Source: a virus. Taken from it: 64,000 nucleotides of DNA. The notes under the pieces were generated by a model, which saw only the letters and a list, made by a program, of their open reading frames with translations, searched no databases and had not been told where the DNA came from. Every line of letters starts with the position of its first letter. Positions within the stretch are counted from its first letter, which is position 1. The stretch covers positions 64,001 to 128,000 of IMG/VR virus record IMGVR_UViG_3300036770_002724; one strand, written 5' to 3'. The position numbers and the translations under genes were made by a program. Shown here piece by piece: positions 44,669 to 53,333 of the stretch.

Positions 44669-45712
44669 TCAGACCCTCCTCTGCGCCAGGAACGACGCGA
44701 CGGGCTTCGGCCCCCTCGGGCCTCGAACCGTCTTGTCCTCTGGGTTCTCTGAGTCCGGGTTCACCGGGCGACTCACCGTATCGAGGGGCTTCCGGACCCC
44801 CACTTTCAATCGCGCCCCCTTGTCGATCTTGGTCGTCTCGGTCGGCGTCGTCACCCCTTCGGTCTTTCGACGCGCGATGGCGTCCTGATTCACGGCTCCC
44901 ACGTCCGCCTCTTCGACCCCCGGACGAGTTGCGAGTTCACGACGGCTGACCCAGCCCGTGCGCTCGTGTCGCGAGGGCGGGACGATGAGGACGCCGTCGG
45001 GAGCGGACTCCTGACCGGGCACCATGCTCGACTTAGCTTTCTGCTCGGCAGGCTTCGTCTCAGACGGCTTTTCCGTAGGCTTTTCGGACCCTTCCGTACC
45101 CTCCGCCGCTTTCGGCGGAGGGTCTTTGGCGGCGGGCTTCGGTGCGTCCGGGTTCATCTTCTCGTAGACGGTGTCGGCCATCGTCTCTCCCGCGAGAGCC
45201 GTGTACGTCTCGTCGATCAGGTTCCCGACCGTAGCGCCCGCCAACCCGGCTGCGCCTACGGCACCAGCGGCGCCGACGATCTCCGCTACGGTTCCGGCTC
45301 CGGCGATCAGTCCGACCCCTTCCTTGAGGATCGATGAGACGCTGACCGCTTCCTTGATCGCGTTGAAGGCTGCGGCACCTGCTGCGATAGCGGCGTCTCC
45401 GACCTTCGAGCCCAGTTGGTCCCCCATAGAGGGTCGATCACGTCCCGACATAGAGCCCGGCATCGGAACGTCGGATCCGAAGAAGTCTGCCTTACCGCCC
45501 GTCTGGCTCGCGAGCTTCTCGTTGGGGAGCAGATCGCCCTCCCGGTCCACGGGCTTCTTTCCCAGATCGAGTTCCGTCAGTCGGGTCGCCGCCCGATCCA
45601 GTCCGTGGCGCTCGAAACGGTCTACGGGCTTTTGGGCTACAGGCTTCTCGGCCAGGGTCAGGAGATTGGTTGAAAGGGTCGTCTGTCGAACGTCGTTTTT
45701 CGTGATTTTCAT
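44669..45712 (-). CDS. Low-complexity protein with glycine-zipper-like hydrophobic segment
   Basis: ATG 45712 with GAGGTGAG RBS; GLIAGAGTVAEIVGAAGAVGAAGLAGATVG. Confidence 0.6.
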   Translation of the reverse strand: MKITKNDVRQTTLSTNLLTLAEKPVAQKPVDRFERHGLDRAATRLTELDLGKKPVDREGDLLPNEKLASQTGGKADFFGSDVPMPGSMSGRDRPSMGDQLGSKVGDAAIAAGAAAFNAIKEAVSVSSILKEGVGLIAGAGTVAEIVGAAGAVGAAGLAGATVGNLIDETYTALAGETMADTVYEKMNPDAPKPAAKDPPPKAAEGTEGSEKPTEKPSETKPAEQKAKSSMVPGQESAPDGVLIVPPSRHERTGWVSRRELATRPGVEEADVGAVNQDAIARRKTEGVTTPTETTKIDKGARLKVGVRKPLDTVSRPVNPDSENPEDKTVRGPRGPKPVASFLAQRRV

Positions 45713-45722
45713 GTGTCTCACC

Positions 45723-46184
45723 TCACCGGAGGTACAGGGTCAAAGCTAGGCTCGCCAGGATCATCGTGACCCCACAGAACACTCCACAGGCGAACGCCAA
45801 GGGGGGCCAGGAGGGCAGGTAGGAGCCCGTCGGGATGATCTCCCGACGGCTTCTCTTCATGTTGACGGGAGCTTCGGCCCCCGGAGGAAGACGAGGTGCA
45901 ACCAGAAGTGGAGGTGGCACCTCTTTGACCACACGGCTCGTTTTCCTTGGAGCAGGCGCAGGGACCAAAGTCGGAGTTGGCAGAGGCAGGTTCCTAGCGT
46001 ACTCGGGAACCTCCATGTCTTTGAGCGTCGGCCCTGATGACCTCCAAGAGAAGTCGGCTGGAGGGGGCGGAAGCTCCGCGAAAAGGTCCAAGAGCATGGG
46101 GACCGTATGGACAATCTCAGGTCTCTCCCTTGAGATGTCCCTCGGGTGTACGAGATGTCCAGGTGATGTTTTTGCTCGGTTCAA
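45723..46184 (-). CDS. Pro-rich protein with C-terminal TM
   Basis: 153 aa; TM LAFACGVFCGVTMILASLALTLYL. Confidence 0.5.
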   Translation of the reverse strand: MNRAKTSPGHLVHPRDISRERPEIVHTVPMLLDLFAELPPPPADFSWRSSGPTLKDMEVPEYARNLPLPTPTLVPAPAPRKTSRVVKEVPPPLLVAPRLPPGAEAPVNMKRSRREIIPTGSYLPSWPPLAFACGVFCGVTMILASLALTLYLR

Positions 46185-46362
46185 GGTCGCCTTTCCCTGA
46201 CCCTCGTTTCGGGGGGTCCGTCTGACCCTTGCTACTCGGTTCCGACGGGAACCGACGAGGGCCGCACCGCTTTTAGCGAGCGGGACGCCGACGGAAAGGA
46301 TTGGGTTTTTCGGGCTGCGAGGCGTAACGCGAACGTACAGGGGTGTACGTCCAAGGCTGGAG

Positions 46363-47034
46363 TTACGCTTTCAGGGCATCCAGAAAGCGTCCCAAGGCTC
46401 GCTTACCCGTAGGGGTCGAGAGCCACCGTTCGGCGTAGGGCTTGTCCGGGTCGGGGTGCTCGAAGTCGAGGTCTTGACTCCGCTGCCACACGAGCGAGGT
46501 CGTCTCGAACCCGTAGAACCGGAAGACTTCTTCAAGGTGTTGGGCGACACCCTGCGCGTTCCAATGGAGTCCGCCGACCACGACTCCGAGACGCTTTCCT
46601 CGGAGCGGGTTCGGCTCCCCGTAAGAAACGTGCCGGTTCTCCAGGGTGTTCATCCGCTCGATGATCGACTGAGCGAGGGCGTTGTGGCTTCCCCATCGAA
46701 CGGACACCCCGAAGAGGACCGCGTCGGCCCAGGCGAGTCCGTCGTAGATGACGGGCATCTCATCTTTCCCCCCGTACTTCTCGGGATCCTGTACGGACAG
46801 GTGATGCGCCCAGCATCGGTAGGGACCAGCCTTGGGGTCAGCGCAGTTCTTTTTACCTCCCGCGTAGCAAGAGAGGTTGGGGACGATGTGGAGGTCCGCC
46901 GCATGGACGGTCTTCACCTCCACGTCGAGGTCGGGCTGCGTCTGTAGGGCGACGAGGGCAGCGTCGATCAGGGCGACCGACGTGGACTTCTTGGGGTCGT
47001 GGGTCGTCGTCGAGAGGGCAAGGACGCGCATCAA
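46363..47034 (-). CDS. Flavodoxin-fold NAD(P)H-dependent FMN reductase / iron-sulfur-flavoprotein-like protein
   Basis: VLALSTT...STSVALI, Cys cluster SCYAGGKKNC...RCWAHH, D(E)M..IY...WADAVLFG.SVRWG...IIERM, GKRLGVVVGG. Confidence 0.8.
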   Translation of the reverse strand: MMRVLALSTTTHDPKKSTSVALIDAALVALQTQPDLDVEVKTVHAADLHIVPNLSCYAGGKKNCADPKAGPYRCWAHHLSVQDPEKYGGKDEMPVIYDGLAWADAVLFGVSVRWGSHNALAQSIIERMNTLENRHVSYGEPNPLRGKRLGVVVGGLHWNAQGVAQHLEEVFRFYGFETTSLVWQRSQDLDFEHPDPDKPYAERWLSTPTGKRALGRFLDALKA

Positions 47035-47055
47035 AGACCGGAAACTATCGGGCCT

Positions 47056-47244
47056 TTAGGGTCCAGTCCACGAGTCCTTCTGATTTCTTTCGATGATCCG
47101 GGCTCGTTGTCGGAGCGAAGGAATGACGTGGACTCGAATGTGCTCGATCTCCTCGGGTGGCCCATCCTTTTCGGTCAAGGCTTCAAGGAGGTCCGCTGCG
47201 AGATCCCAAGCTCTAGCCTTCATCGACTTCATCAGGGAGGTCAT
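47056..47244 (-). CDS. Small hypothetical protein
   Basis: Start ATG 47244 or 47223; helical, in a run of minus-strand genes. Confidence 0.45.
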   Translation of the reverse strand: MTSLMKSMKARAWDLAADLLEALTEKDGPPEEIEHIRVHVIPSLRQRARIIERNQKDSWTGP

Positions 47245-47731
47245 ACGCTTTCGGCAGGGGCTTCCCGATGTGTTCGGCATGATTCCGACCTCGGTAGACG
47301 ACTCGACGGATTTGCGCCTCAGTCATTCCGAGCGTTGCGGCGAGCATCGCCCATCGCTTCGTCCCGTGACCTTCGTTACGCAACCGTAGCTCTTCCTGAG
47401 CTACGCGGAGGGCTTCGGCCTTGGGAGTCAGCCCTTTTCGCTCGTGGTCGGTGACGGGGGCGAGCCATCGTCGGATGCTCTGCGCTCCGACTCCTAGACG
47501 GCGAGCGATTTCCTTCTGGTTTAGCCCTTCGAGGGCGAGGTCCAGGGCAGCGATCTCCAGGGCCTCTCGCTTGTACGCCTGACTTCGGATCATGGCGGGG
47601 TCGCGAAGAACAAGGTGGTGGTAGACGGTTCGGGCAGACCGACCTTCGCGCTTCGCGATGCTCGCGGTCGATTCCCCTCCCTGGTAGGCTTCAGCCCACC
47701 GGGAGACATCCTCTTCGGTCACGGCTCTCAT
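47213..47731 (-). CDS. Multi helix-turn-helix protein
   Basis: Two to three HTH units (ESTASIAKREGRSARTVYHHL; GLNQKEIARRLGVGAQSIRRWL; LAATLGMTEAQIRRVV); ATG 47731 overlaps the upstream stop. Confidence 0.7.
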   Translation of the reverse strand: MRAVTEEDVSRWAEAYQGGESTASIAKREGRSARTVYHHLVLRDPAMIRSQAYKREALEIAALDLALEGLNQKEIARRLGVGAQSIRRWLAPVTDHERKGLTPKAEALRVAQEELRLRNEGHGTKRWAMLAATLGMTEAQIRRVVYRGRNHAEHIGKPLPKAYDLPDEVDEG

Positions 47732-48156
47732 TCGGGCTCGTCCAGGTACACGGGATTTGCGCCTTCGGGAAGCGGCTCGACCTTGATCATGGATCGGCCA
47801 ACATAGCCCGTCACCGAATCCCTGTACTCGCATCCGGTACAGCGCACCGCTCCCGACCAAGGGGAGGAGAGCATGAGCCCCTTGGTCCGCTCCAGCCTTG
47901 CGTTGCACCGGGGGCAGTCGAAGCCTTCGGGCGCCGGTTCCCAGGAGATAGAGAAGAGGTTAGTTATCTGGAGCGGGATCGGGTTCTTCAGAGCTTCGAG
48001 AAGCAGCCGCGCTTGTTCGGTGGTGTCCGGCAACCGCTTCTTCAGGCACCACTTGCACGTCACGTCCGTCCAGTCGGCGGACTGTTGAGCGACGGCTTTA
48101 GGGGTGCGACCGCAGATCGGTTCGGCGTCCGGCTTTTCGCGGTAGTGGGTTTTCAT
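47728..48156 (-). CDS. Zinc-binding protein (two Cys/His clusters)
   Basis: H...C...CKWC and CPRC...CTGC. Confidence 0.65.
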   Translation of the reverse strand: MKTHYREKPDAEPICGRTPKAVAQQSADWTDVTCKWCLKKRLPDTTEQARLLLEALKNPIPLQITNLFSISWEPAPEGFDCPRCNARLERTKGLMLSSPWSGAVRCTGCEYRDSVTGYVGRSMIKVEPLPEGANPVYLDEPE

Positions 48157-48171
48157 GTCCTGCCTTTCGGG

Positions 48172-48342
48172 TCAAAGACCGATCTCAACGAAGCCTTCGG
48201 GGAGAGATTCTTCCGACACCCCGCTGAACGAGCACCTAGTACATCCTATGGCGACCCCTTCATCCGGGGGCGTAAGCGGGGTGGATTGAACATCGGACCC
48301 GCACTCCGGACAAGTCTTTGGGATGACGGGAGCGTCGCTCAT
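48172..48342 (-). CDS. 56-aa zinc-ribbon protein (not in the supplied ORF track)
   Basis: Translated by hand: MSDAPVIPKTCPECGSDVQSTPLTPPDEGVAIGCTRCSFSGVSEESLPEGFVEIGL*; AGAGAG upstream. Confidence 0.65.
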   Translation of the reverse strand: MSDAPVIPKTCPECGSDVQSTPLTPPDEGVAIGCTRCSFSGVSEESLPEGFVEIGL

Positions 48343-48370
48343 CTTCTCTCTTACTCAAAAATCGTCTGTC

Positions 48371-48604
48371 TTACCGCTCGCCCGGCGGATAACATCGAGT
48401 GCAGCCGACGCCAGTCCCATCGACGGGGAACGGGCGAACCGGGGCTCCGCAGAGGTCGCACATCGCGCTAGGAAGCTCAAAGACCTCGGTCGGAGGTCCG
48501 ACCTCAGTACAGGGGTTTCGTTCCCGCTCGGGGAACGGGATCAGGTGTCGGTCCCCGACGAGGGTTCCGAAGGGAGGGGCGGAAGGGAAGTTTCGGTTCG
48601 TCAT
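48371..48604 (-). CDS. Small zinc-ribbon protein
   Basis: CDLCG...GVGCTRC. Confidence 0.55.
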   Translation of the reverse strand: MTNRNFPSAPPFGTLVGDRHLIPFPERERNPCTEVGPPTEVFELPSAMCDLCGAPVRPFPVDGTGVGCTRCYPPGER

Positions 48605-48643
48605 AGCTTCTTACCCGGTCATGTTTGATCAGAAACTGAGATT

Positions 48644-49231
48644 TCACCCCGCCTTCTTTTTCAAGATGAGGGGGCGAGTGAGGTCTCCCGGACGCAATAC
48701 CAAGAAATCCGTGCTGCCGTCAATTTGAAGAAAGTCCGCAGACCTCAGAAGCCCCTCTTCCCAGCAGGCTTGTACGACAAGCTGGTTTTCCATGATTGGG
48801 AGTCCTGCCCAGGTTTTGATGTCCATCCCGCTAGGGATCATCGTCCTGGTGCGGGAGAGCCACGGGGCGATCAGACGGTCGTCCCTCACGACGATGCTAT
48901 GCTGGGATGATCGTATGACGCTTCCAGGTCTCAATCTGAGGTCGTTGCGAAACGAAAGCGGGGTTTCTACGGAAACCCGAATGTCCTCTTCCACCCAGTT
49001 CAGTTCGACTTGTGTGTCCCGGAACTTCGGTACACACAGCCGCACATGGATCTGGTGCATTTCAGCCAGCCTGCTTGGGGCCGTGGCTGATGCGACATAG
49101 GCGTGGACTTCCAAGGCTTCGATCTGGTGAAGAACTTGGATGACTGCCAGAGGGAAAAGCGTTGTCAGGTAGTTGATGACCGTCTTCGTCCGTTCCAGGG
49201 CAACGGCTTCCTTCTGTTCGGCAGGTGTCAT
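48644..49231 (-). CDS. Hypothetical protein
   Basis: 195-aa ORF with GGAG upstream, ATGA overlap with the upstream gene. Confidence 0.6.
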   Translation of the reverse strand: MTPAEQKEAVALERTKTVINYLTTLFPLAVIQVLHQIEALEVHAYVASATAPSRLAEMHQIHVRLCVPKFRDTQVELNWVEEDIRVSVETPLSFRNDLRLRPGSVIRSSQHSIVVRDDRLIAPWLSRTRTMIPSGMDIKTWAGLPIMENQLVVQACWEEGLLRSADFLQIDGSTDFLVLRPGDLTRPLILKKKAG

Positions 49232-49500
49232 GGGATTTCTTCCGAACGGATCCGGGCTGCCAGGTCCGACCAGACCTTGTGGTCTTCGGGCCAGCCCAGC
49301 GTCTTACCGACACGGGTTCGCATCTCAAGCTCCTCTTCGATCTCGCGCATGACTTGGAGCCTCATGTCTCGGCTCAAGCAGCCCCGGTATCGCGCGTACA
49401 TCTCCGCGCAAAGAGTCGGCATGTAGGTCGCCCTGCCCATCGAATACCGGATCGTCGAGAGGAGCATGACCCAGAGGTCTTCCAGCGGAACTTCGTTCAT
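49228..49500 (-). CDS. Small hypothetical protein
   Basis: MNEVPLEDLWVMLLSTIRYSMGRATY... 90 aa from ATG 49500. Confidence 0.55.
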   Translation of the reverse strand: MNEVPLEDLWVMLLSTIRYSMGRATYMPTLCAEMYARYRGCLSRDMRLQVMREIEEELEMRTRVGKTLGWPEDHKVWSDLAARIRSEEIP

Positions 49501-49538
49501 TGGAGCGGGTTTCCTTCCGTCAGTGGGGAAGCGTCGGT

Positions 49539-50501
49539 CTAGGACGAGGGCTTCGACTCCCAGGAGTATGCCTCCTGACCGTGGATCGCTACGCGAGCGG
49601 AGACCTTCTGGTCCTCTTGCGGACCCGGACTCGCTTCGTATTGCTTGTGCGCCTCGCAACAAGCCGCGAACTCTGCCTCCAAGACTTCGAGTCGAGGCTT
49701 GGGGTCGAATCCGTCCAGACGCCTGACCATATCCTTGAACTTGTGCTCGTAGTGGAAACGTCGTCCCGCGATGCGAAGGGCCAGGACGAGACGGTTTTCC
49801 GGCGTCATCTCTCGCTGAAGCCTCCAAGCGTCCCACTCCATGATCTCGGCCAGGTCCGAGTCGACCATCGGTCGAGACAGATCGTGGTGGATGTGTTCCT
49901 CGACGAAAAAGGTCCGGACGGGATCGTTCTGGTCTACTCCGTAGAGAGCCGCGACAATCCGGTGAAGGACGTAGGCTTTCGTGAACGCCTCGCTCTTCCT
50001 GAAAAAGCCGTAGCAGGCCCCCTGTAGATCCGCTACGACCTTGTCGAGCCGGGAAAGCTCGCGAAGGAAATCGTCGTCGTATCGACGCAAGGCGTAAGAC
50101 AGACTCTCCGATAGCGCGAATACGTCGTAAACGATCTTACAGACCCGCCCCTCCCGATCCTGGGCGATCAGGGACGACACGCTAAGACCGTCGAAGACGG
50201 GATCGTACTCCCGACAAGAGTCTTCGTTTCGCGAATCGGAGATGTTCCGAAGGATCGCGGCGCTCCAAGGACCGTTCGGGGCCACGACATCGTTCGAGGC
50301 GTCCCCCCCGAAGATCCAGAACCCCGAGTGCCGGTGGTGTCCGATGAAGGCGTACCAGAGCTTGTCGGCTTCCTTTCGGATCGCCTTGAAGTCGGCCCTC
50401 TGATGAGAGGGGATCTTGATCCCCGTCGTGTCGAGGCAATCCTTGATCTGGCGGATCACCTCGTAGATGTTGGAGGTCCGCTCCTCGTTTGACAGCCCCA
50501 T
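49539..50501 (-). CDS. Hypothetical helical protein
   Basis: 320-aa ORF with GAGGA upstream. Confidence 0.65.
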   Translation of the reverse strand: MGLSNEERTSNIYEVIRQIKDCLDTTGIKIPSHQRADFKAIRKEADKLWYAFIGHHRHSGFWIFGGDASNDVVAPNGPWSAAILRNISDSRNEDSCREYDPVFDGLSVSSLIAQDREGRVCKIVYDVFALSESLSYALRRYDDDFLRELSRLDKVVADLQGACYGFFRKSEAFTKAYVLHRIVAALYGVDQNDPVRTFFVEEHIHHDLSRPMVDSDLAEIMEWDAWRLQREMTPENRLVLALRIAGRRFHYEHKFKDMVRRLDGFDPKPRLEVLEAEFAACCEAHKQYEASPGPQEDQKVSARVAIHGQEAYSWESKPSS

Positions 50502-50527
50502 ATGATCCTCTGATCCTCAGATCGCGA

Positions 50528-50674
50528 TCAGCGAAGGAAAGGCCCGACCTCGTAGGCGAGGAGGCAGGCCACGGCTACGGCCAGCCCCAGCAGGGCAGAC
50601 AAAGCCATGTTGAGGAGGACCGGCTCGCGGTCCTCGACCTCGATCTTCGACTGGCGGTTCATGTGGCGGTTCAT
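50528..50674 (-). CDS. 48-aa single-TM protein (not in the supplied ORF track)
   Basis: MNRHMNRQSKIEVEDREPVLLNMALSALLGLAVAVACLLAYEVGPFLR*; AAGGAG RBS. Confidence 0.55.
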   Translation of the reverse strand: MNRHMNRQSKIEVEDREPVLLNMALSALLGLAVAVACLLAYEVGPFLR

Positions 50675-50743
50675 GGTCGCTCTCTCCTTACTCGATCTGG
50701 GGGTGGAAGGGATGGGGGCGGGAGCACATCCCGCCCCTCCGTC

Positions 50744-51175
50744 TCAGTAGTCGTCGCCGCTGCTCCAGCGTGCTTCCAGGGCGCACGAGTAGCCCTTCGC
50801 CTTCGCTGCCCGCTCCTTGGCGGCGTAGGCGAACTCCTCCGCCACCGCTTCGGCGGCGTTGACCCACGCGGCGGGGGTCACGTCGCCGTCCATGCGGCGG
50901 CGGCAGAGGGTCTCAAACCCCCGCGCCGACCGCACCCCGGAGGCCAGGGCCTCCGCCCGGAAGGTCGCGAACGCCTTCCGGTACTGGAGTCGGACGTGCT
51001 CCGAGATCCCCTCAAAGTCGTCCGACTCCGGGTGGAACTTGTCACCTGCGTTGTGCAGGTGGCACGGGTCCACCGAGTCAAAGTCTGAGACGGCCCAGCC
51101 GTGACCCCGGCAAGGGCAGCGGGCGGGGTTCATTTCCGCCCAGTTACGCGAGTCAACTTCCTGCCAGATTTCCAT
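50744..51175 (-). CDS. Hypothetical protein with Cys/His cluster, downstream of promoter copy B
   Basis: CPCRGHGW...DPCHLH; GGGAGG RBS; a 9-bp-stem hairpin follows at 50715-50737. Confidence 0.7.
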   Translation of the reverse strand: MEIWQEVDSRNWAEMNPARCPCRGHGWAVSDFDSVDPCHLHNAGDKFHPESDDFEGISEHVRLQYRKAFATFRAEALASGVRSARGFETLCRRRMDGDVTPAAWVNAAEAVAEEFAYAAKERAAKAKGYSCALEARWSSGDDY

Positions 51176-51193
51176 GATTGCCTCCCTACACCA

Positions 51194-51227
51194 TAGCTAT
51201 CCGCGACCCGGCTCGGTTTAGCCACAA
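51194..51227 (-). promoter_or_regulatory. Promoter-like motif TTGTGGCTAAA-N17-TAGCTA (copy B)
   Basis: Exact match to the consensus, upstream of the 51175 start. Confidence 0.8.
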
Positions 51228-51285
51228 AAGTGATGCAGGGTTTTCCGGCAGCAGGTTTCTTATCTAGCGGGTGGTACAGTTGAGC

Positions 51286-51804
51286 ATGAGCGACTTCGAG
51301 CAAGCCCTTGCCTTGACCCTTCAGTTTGAGGGTGGCTATTCCAACCATCCCAAGGATCCGGGGGGCGCCACGATGAAGGGTGTCACGCAGCGGGTTTTCG
51401 ACAAGTACTGCACGGACAACCGGATTCCTCATCGGGACGTCCGCACGATCACGGACGACGAGGTGGAGGACATCTACCTCAACCGCTACTGGATTCCGGC
51501 GAAGTGCATGTTGTTTTCTTGGCCCCTCAACGCGGCCATCTTCGACTTCGCGGTGAACTCGGGGGTCTCTCGGGCCATCATCGAGCTTCAGCGATGTGTC
51601 GGGGTCAAGACGGACGGGATCTTCGGTCCCGTCACGAAGAAAGCGGCGACTCAGATGGACCAGACGAAGCTCGTCGGTCAGTATCTCGACGCGCGCGTGG
51701 CTTTCCTGGAGGTCATTATGAAGCAGAACCCGGCGCTCGAAGCCTTTAGGAAGGGCTGGATGCGTCGGGTCGCTACGCTTCGGAAGGGGCTTTTGGGGAA
51801 GTGA
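51286..51804 (+). CDS. Endolysin, glycoside hydrolase family 108 with peptidoglycan-binding region
   Basis: EGGYSNHPKDPGGATMKGVTQ catalytic motif; FDFAVNSG; DGIFGPVT; FRKGWMRRV. Confidence 0.9.
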   Translation: MSDFEQALALTLQFEGGYSNHPKDPGGATMKGVTQRVFDKYCTDNRIPHRDVRTITDDEVEDIYLNRYWIPAKCMLFSWPLNAAIFDFAVNSGVSRAIIELQRCVGVKTDGIFGPVTKKAATQMDQTKLVGQYLDARVAFLEVIMKQNPALEAFRKGWMRRVATLRKGLLGK

Positions 51805-52333
51805 TGTTCGCGGCCTTACGTTCCATGCGCCGGGCTCGAAGGCTCTTTTTCAGTTCGTCGAACAACGCCCACAGGTGAGGGTCATGGGGTTTACGGACTT
51901 GCTCAAGGACATCTTCGACGGTGGCTTCGGGCAAGGCTTTCTTCAAGTGGGAGAGGCACTTCTGGTAGAAGACGTAGAGGATTCCTCGGGGCTGCGCCGA
52001 CCATCCCAGAGCCTCCACCACGTCCAGGGAGTCTCCGGCAGCCATGATCGTCTGGGCGATGACCTCGGGAGCGATGATCGCCCCCTCGTAGATCGTAGGG
52101 AACAGGGGTGTCCAGGAGCCTTCGTCGGCGTTTGATGTCAGATAGTTCGCCCCTTGGCATATCCAAAATAGCTGGTCCTCAAGGGGGAAAAGGCTGACCG
52201 GGGGCCAGCCTTCGGGCAAGGCATTGGTGGACGCTTTCGGGCGGTCGTGTCGAAGGTTCCGTTGCTTTTCGAGTCTTTTGCGTCGGGACGTTTTCTTTTC
52301 GTCCGCCCGTTTATCTCGTCTCGTTTTGGTCAT
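51773..52333 (-). CDS. Hypothetical protein with basic N-terminus
   Basis: MTKTRRDKRADEKK... from ATG 52333. Confidence 0.55.
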   Translation of the reverse strand: MTKTRRDKRADEKKTSRRKRLEKQRNLRHDRPKASTNALPEGWPPVSLFPLEDQLFWICQGANYLTSNADEGSWTPLFPTIYEGAIIAPEVIAQTIMAAGDSLDVVEALGWSAQPRGILYVFYQKCLSHLKKALPEATVEDVLEQVRKPHDPHLWALFDELKKSLRARRMERKAANITSPKAPSEA

Positions 52334-52445
52334 GCCGAAGAACCTTACCCGCAGACCCTGCAAGCCTCGTTAGACTTCTTATAGCCTCGCTTCAAGTGAC
52401 GACACGGGTTCGTGTCGATGGACCGATCTCTGGAGGAAGATTGAC

Positions 52446-53333
52446 ATGAGCAGGTCTCGTTCTCAGATGCTTCGTATGGCGGCTTCGCTCCCTGCGGGGT
52501 CTCCGCAGCGGCGTCACATCCTTGACCGCCTTGAGGCTACTCGTACCGCTTCGCTCTCGAAGCTGGCCGTCTCTGCCGACACCGAGGACTTCATCGAGTG
52601 GGTGCTAAAGACCCAGGCACCGATGAAGTCGGATAAGGTTGAGCGGATCATCGAAATGGCGACCGGGATGACGCCGAAGGCTCCGTCGGCCAAGGCTCCC
52701 CGCAAGACCGGCGACCTTTCCGTTGGTGAGACCGTTCTTGTGGACAGATACAAGAACACCAATCCGGCCAACACGGACGCCTGCGAGCAGTATCACAACC
52801 GGGTAGGCATGGTTGAGAGCCTGACCTCTAGTGGTGTGTCCATCGCGTTTTACCGGGGCGATGCTGAGAATCCGAGCACGGACCTCTCGGGGGACAAGCA
52901 GTTCTTTGACGGTCTCGCGACGGGCAAGTCGAGTGGTCTGTATCGCTGGACCCCGAAGCCCGCTTATGCTTCGGGCGTTGGCGATGGTGAGGGGGGCGGC
53001 AAGCGCATCATGTTCGAGCTTGTCTATCTCCGCGAGGGTCAGGCCGTGGATCGTCGCTCCATCGAGCAGATCGAGAAGTACGTTGAAATGGGTGAGCAGA
53101 AGGGCGAGAACCGGAGCCGGGTCTATTACACCGGCCTGATCGTCAACTTCGCTTACGGCCAGGATGGTTCTATGTACTTCGGTCTTGCCGCCCAGCAGCG
53201 AGATCGTCCGACCTTCATCAACCCCTCGAAAGGCAAGCTCCTCTACATCGCTCCTCTCGGTAAGCGCCCGGCGGGCTGGAAAGCCGAGGCTATCGAGTTG
53301 GGGATTCGCACGGACTCTTCGTCGGAGGAGTAG
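52446..53333 (+). CDS. Hypothetical protein with a divergent leader-peptide copy and an SH3-like region
   Basis: MSRSRSQMLRMAASLPAGSPQRRHILDRLEATRTAS aligns with the leader allowing a 4-aa insertion; GGAGGA RBS. Confidence 0.7.
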   Translation: MSRSRSQMLRMAASLPAGSPQRRHILDRLEATRTASLSKLAVSADTEDFIEWVLKTQAPMKSDKVERIIEMATGMTPKAPSAKAPRKTGDLSVGETVLVDRYKNTNPANTDACEQYHNRVGMVESLTSSGVSIAFYRGDAENPSTDLSGDKQFFDGLATGKSSGLYRWTPKPAYASGVGDGEGGGKRIMFELVYLREGQAVDRRSIEQIEKYVEMGEQKGENRSRVYYTGLIVNFAYGQDGSMYFGLAAQQRDRPTFINPSKGKLLYIAPLGKRPAGWKAEAIELGIRTDSSSEE

